The notes beneath the pieces were generated by a model. It was not told the origin of the DNA. It did no database searches and saw only the letters and a program-made list of their open reading frames with translations. Shown here piece after piece: positions 36,830 to 37,802 of a stretch of DNA of 37,802 bases; position 1 is the first letter of the stretch; every line of letters starts with the position of its first letter. The stretch is from Octopus bimaculoides (taxonomy: Eukaryota), in NCBI RefSeq assembly GCF_001194135.2, contig NC_068993.1:42653395-42691196 (forward strand), written 5' to 3'. A program made the position numbers and the translations under genes.

Positions 36830-37369
36830 AGGCTCAAGGTTAGGATATGGAAAATAACCTGAGACGGTTAGGTATATAATTAGTGGATGCTCGAAGCTAA
36901 CCCAAAAGGAATATGTATAACGCCATGATAAATTAGCTGTGTGAATACACTGAGGGTTGTGCAAGACGTATGGGCTAGAATGTTCCAACAAGTGGTATGA
37001 GACCACCCTTTGCCAGTAGCTTAGAATGGTCAGGTCAGACTCAATATATACAGAAAAATGTTTCACCATAACCGACCAAATAACACTCTCCTACAGAACG
37101 AAACCAAGGAATGGACCTGCATTGACGTAGCAATACCTGCAGACCAAAATATGGTAAATACAGAAGACTAGATATGCGGGATATACTAAGACTCTGCATT
37201 GGAAGTGAAAAGAATCCATTGAGCCTCAAAAGTGGCTGTGGTGCTTTTGCTCTCAAAAAGAGCAATCTTCTGGCATCAAAGGCTGCAAATACCGAATTTC
37301 ATAGGAAGTATTCAGTTGGCAGCAACACTTGGGACAGCTCATGTGTTCGGGGAAGTGTCGTGCCTCTAA
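36830..37369 (+). mobile_element. Second R4/Dong-like element, 3' fragment (zinc knuckle + RLE endonuclease), decayed
   Basis: ETVRYIISGCSKLTQKEYV*RHDKLAV*IH*GLCKTYG..KWYE, HNRPNNTLL..CIDVAIPAD, LEVKRIH and IQLAATLGTAHV...CL* (TAA 37367-69). Confidence 0.85.
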
Positions 37370-37480
37370 GGATGAAAGGCGAACTTGACCTCGGCGGAAT
37401 TTGAACTCAGAACGTAGCGACGTGCGAAACACCGCTGGGCATTTCATCCAGCGTGCTAAGGATTTTGCCAGCTCACCGTG
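37369..37480 (-). mobile_element. SINE family A, 5' half
   Basis: aggatgaaaggcgaacttgacctcggcggaatttgaactcagaacg...tgccagctcaccg is reverse-complement similar to 23051-23165. Confidence 0.85.
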
Positions 37481-37498
37481 TTAGTAGTAATAATAATA

Positions 37499-37802
37499 AT
37501 ACAACATACACAAATGAAAGAAAAAATAAAGAAAGAGTACTATAGACGAGTTAGATCAATACTAAAAACAGAGCTCAATGCTAAAAACAAGATAATGGGT
37601 ATCAATACTTTAGCTGTCCCAGTTATAAGCTACAGCTACAACATCCTTAACTGGACACTAAACGAACTATGTAAAATAGACAGGAAAACAAGAAAAATAA
37701 TGACAGGATATAGGATGCACCACCCAAAATCTGACATAGAAAGGCTATATATACAACGCACAGAAGGTGGCAGGGGTCTTATACAGCTAGAAAACTATTA
37801 TA
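37499..37802 (+). mobile_element. Third R4/Dong-like element, 5'-truncated, open frame running off the window
   Basis: 101 codons with no stop: IQHTQMKEKIKKEYYRRVRSILKTELNAKNKIMGINTLAVPVISYSYNILNWTLNELCKIDRKTRKIMTGYRMHHPKSDIERLYIQRTEGGRGLIQLENYY. Begins directly after a (TAA)n tract at 37487-37500. Confidence 0.9.

Overview
Repeat-dense, AT-rich animal genomic DNA from a gapped short-read assembly, with 10 N-gaps that are mostly flanked by microsatellites. The SINE families and microsatellite load suggest an octopus or other cephalopod (inference from recall, not searched). No host protein-coding exon could be identified with confidence, so the window reads as intronic or intergenic. Most entries in the ORF track are microsatellite or N-gap artefacts. 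Decayed transposons: a complete Tc1 (DD34E) relic with TIRs and TA TSD, an intron-containing pogo/Tigger-like transposase, a hAT-like C-terminal relic, an internally deleted mariner (DD34D), an RTE-BovB-like LINE 3' end and three R4/Dong-like RLE non-LTR retrotransposon copies. There are also at least three SINE or SINE-like families. Most notable: a structurally complete minimal type I hammerhead ribozyme of the Penelope-associated dimeric type at 28829-28868 (plus two weaker relics); a GT-AG intron splitting the HTH of the pogo-like transposase; and R4/Dong-like elements sitting in (TAA)n/(AAG)n microsatellites, one with an uninterrupted frame running off the window end.
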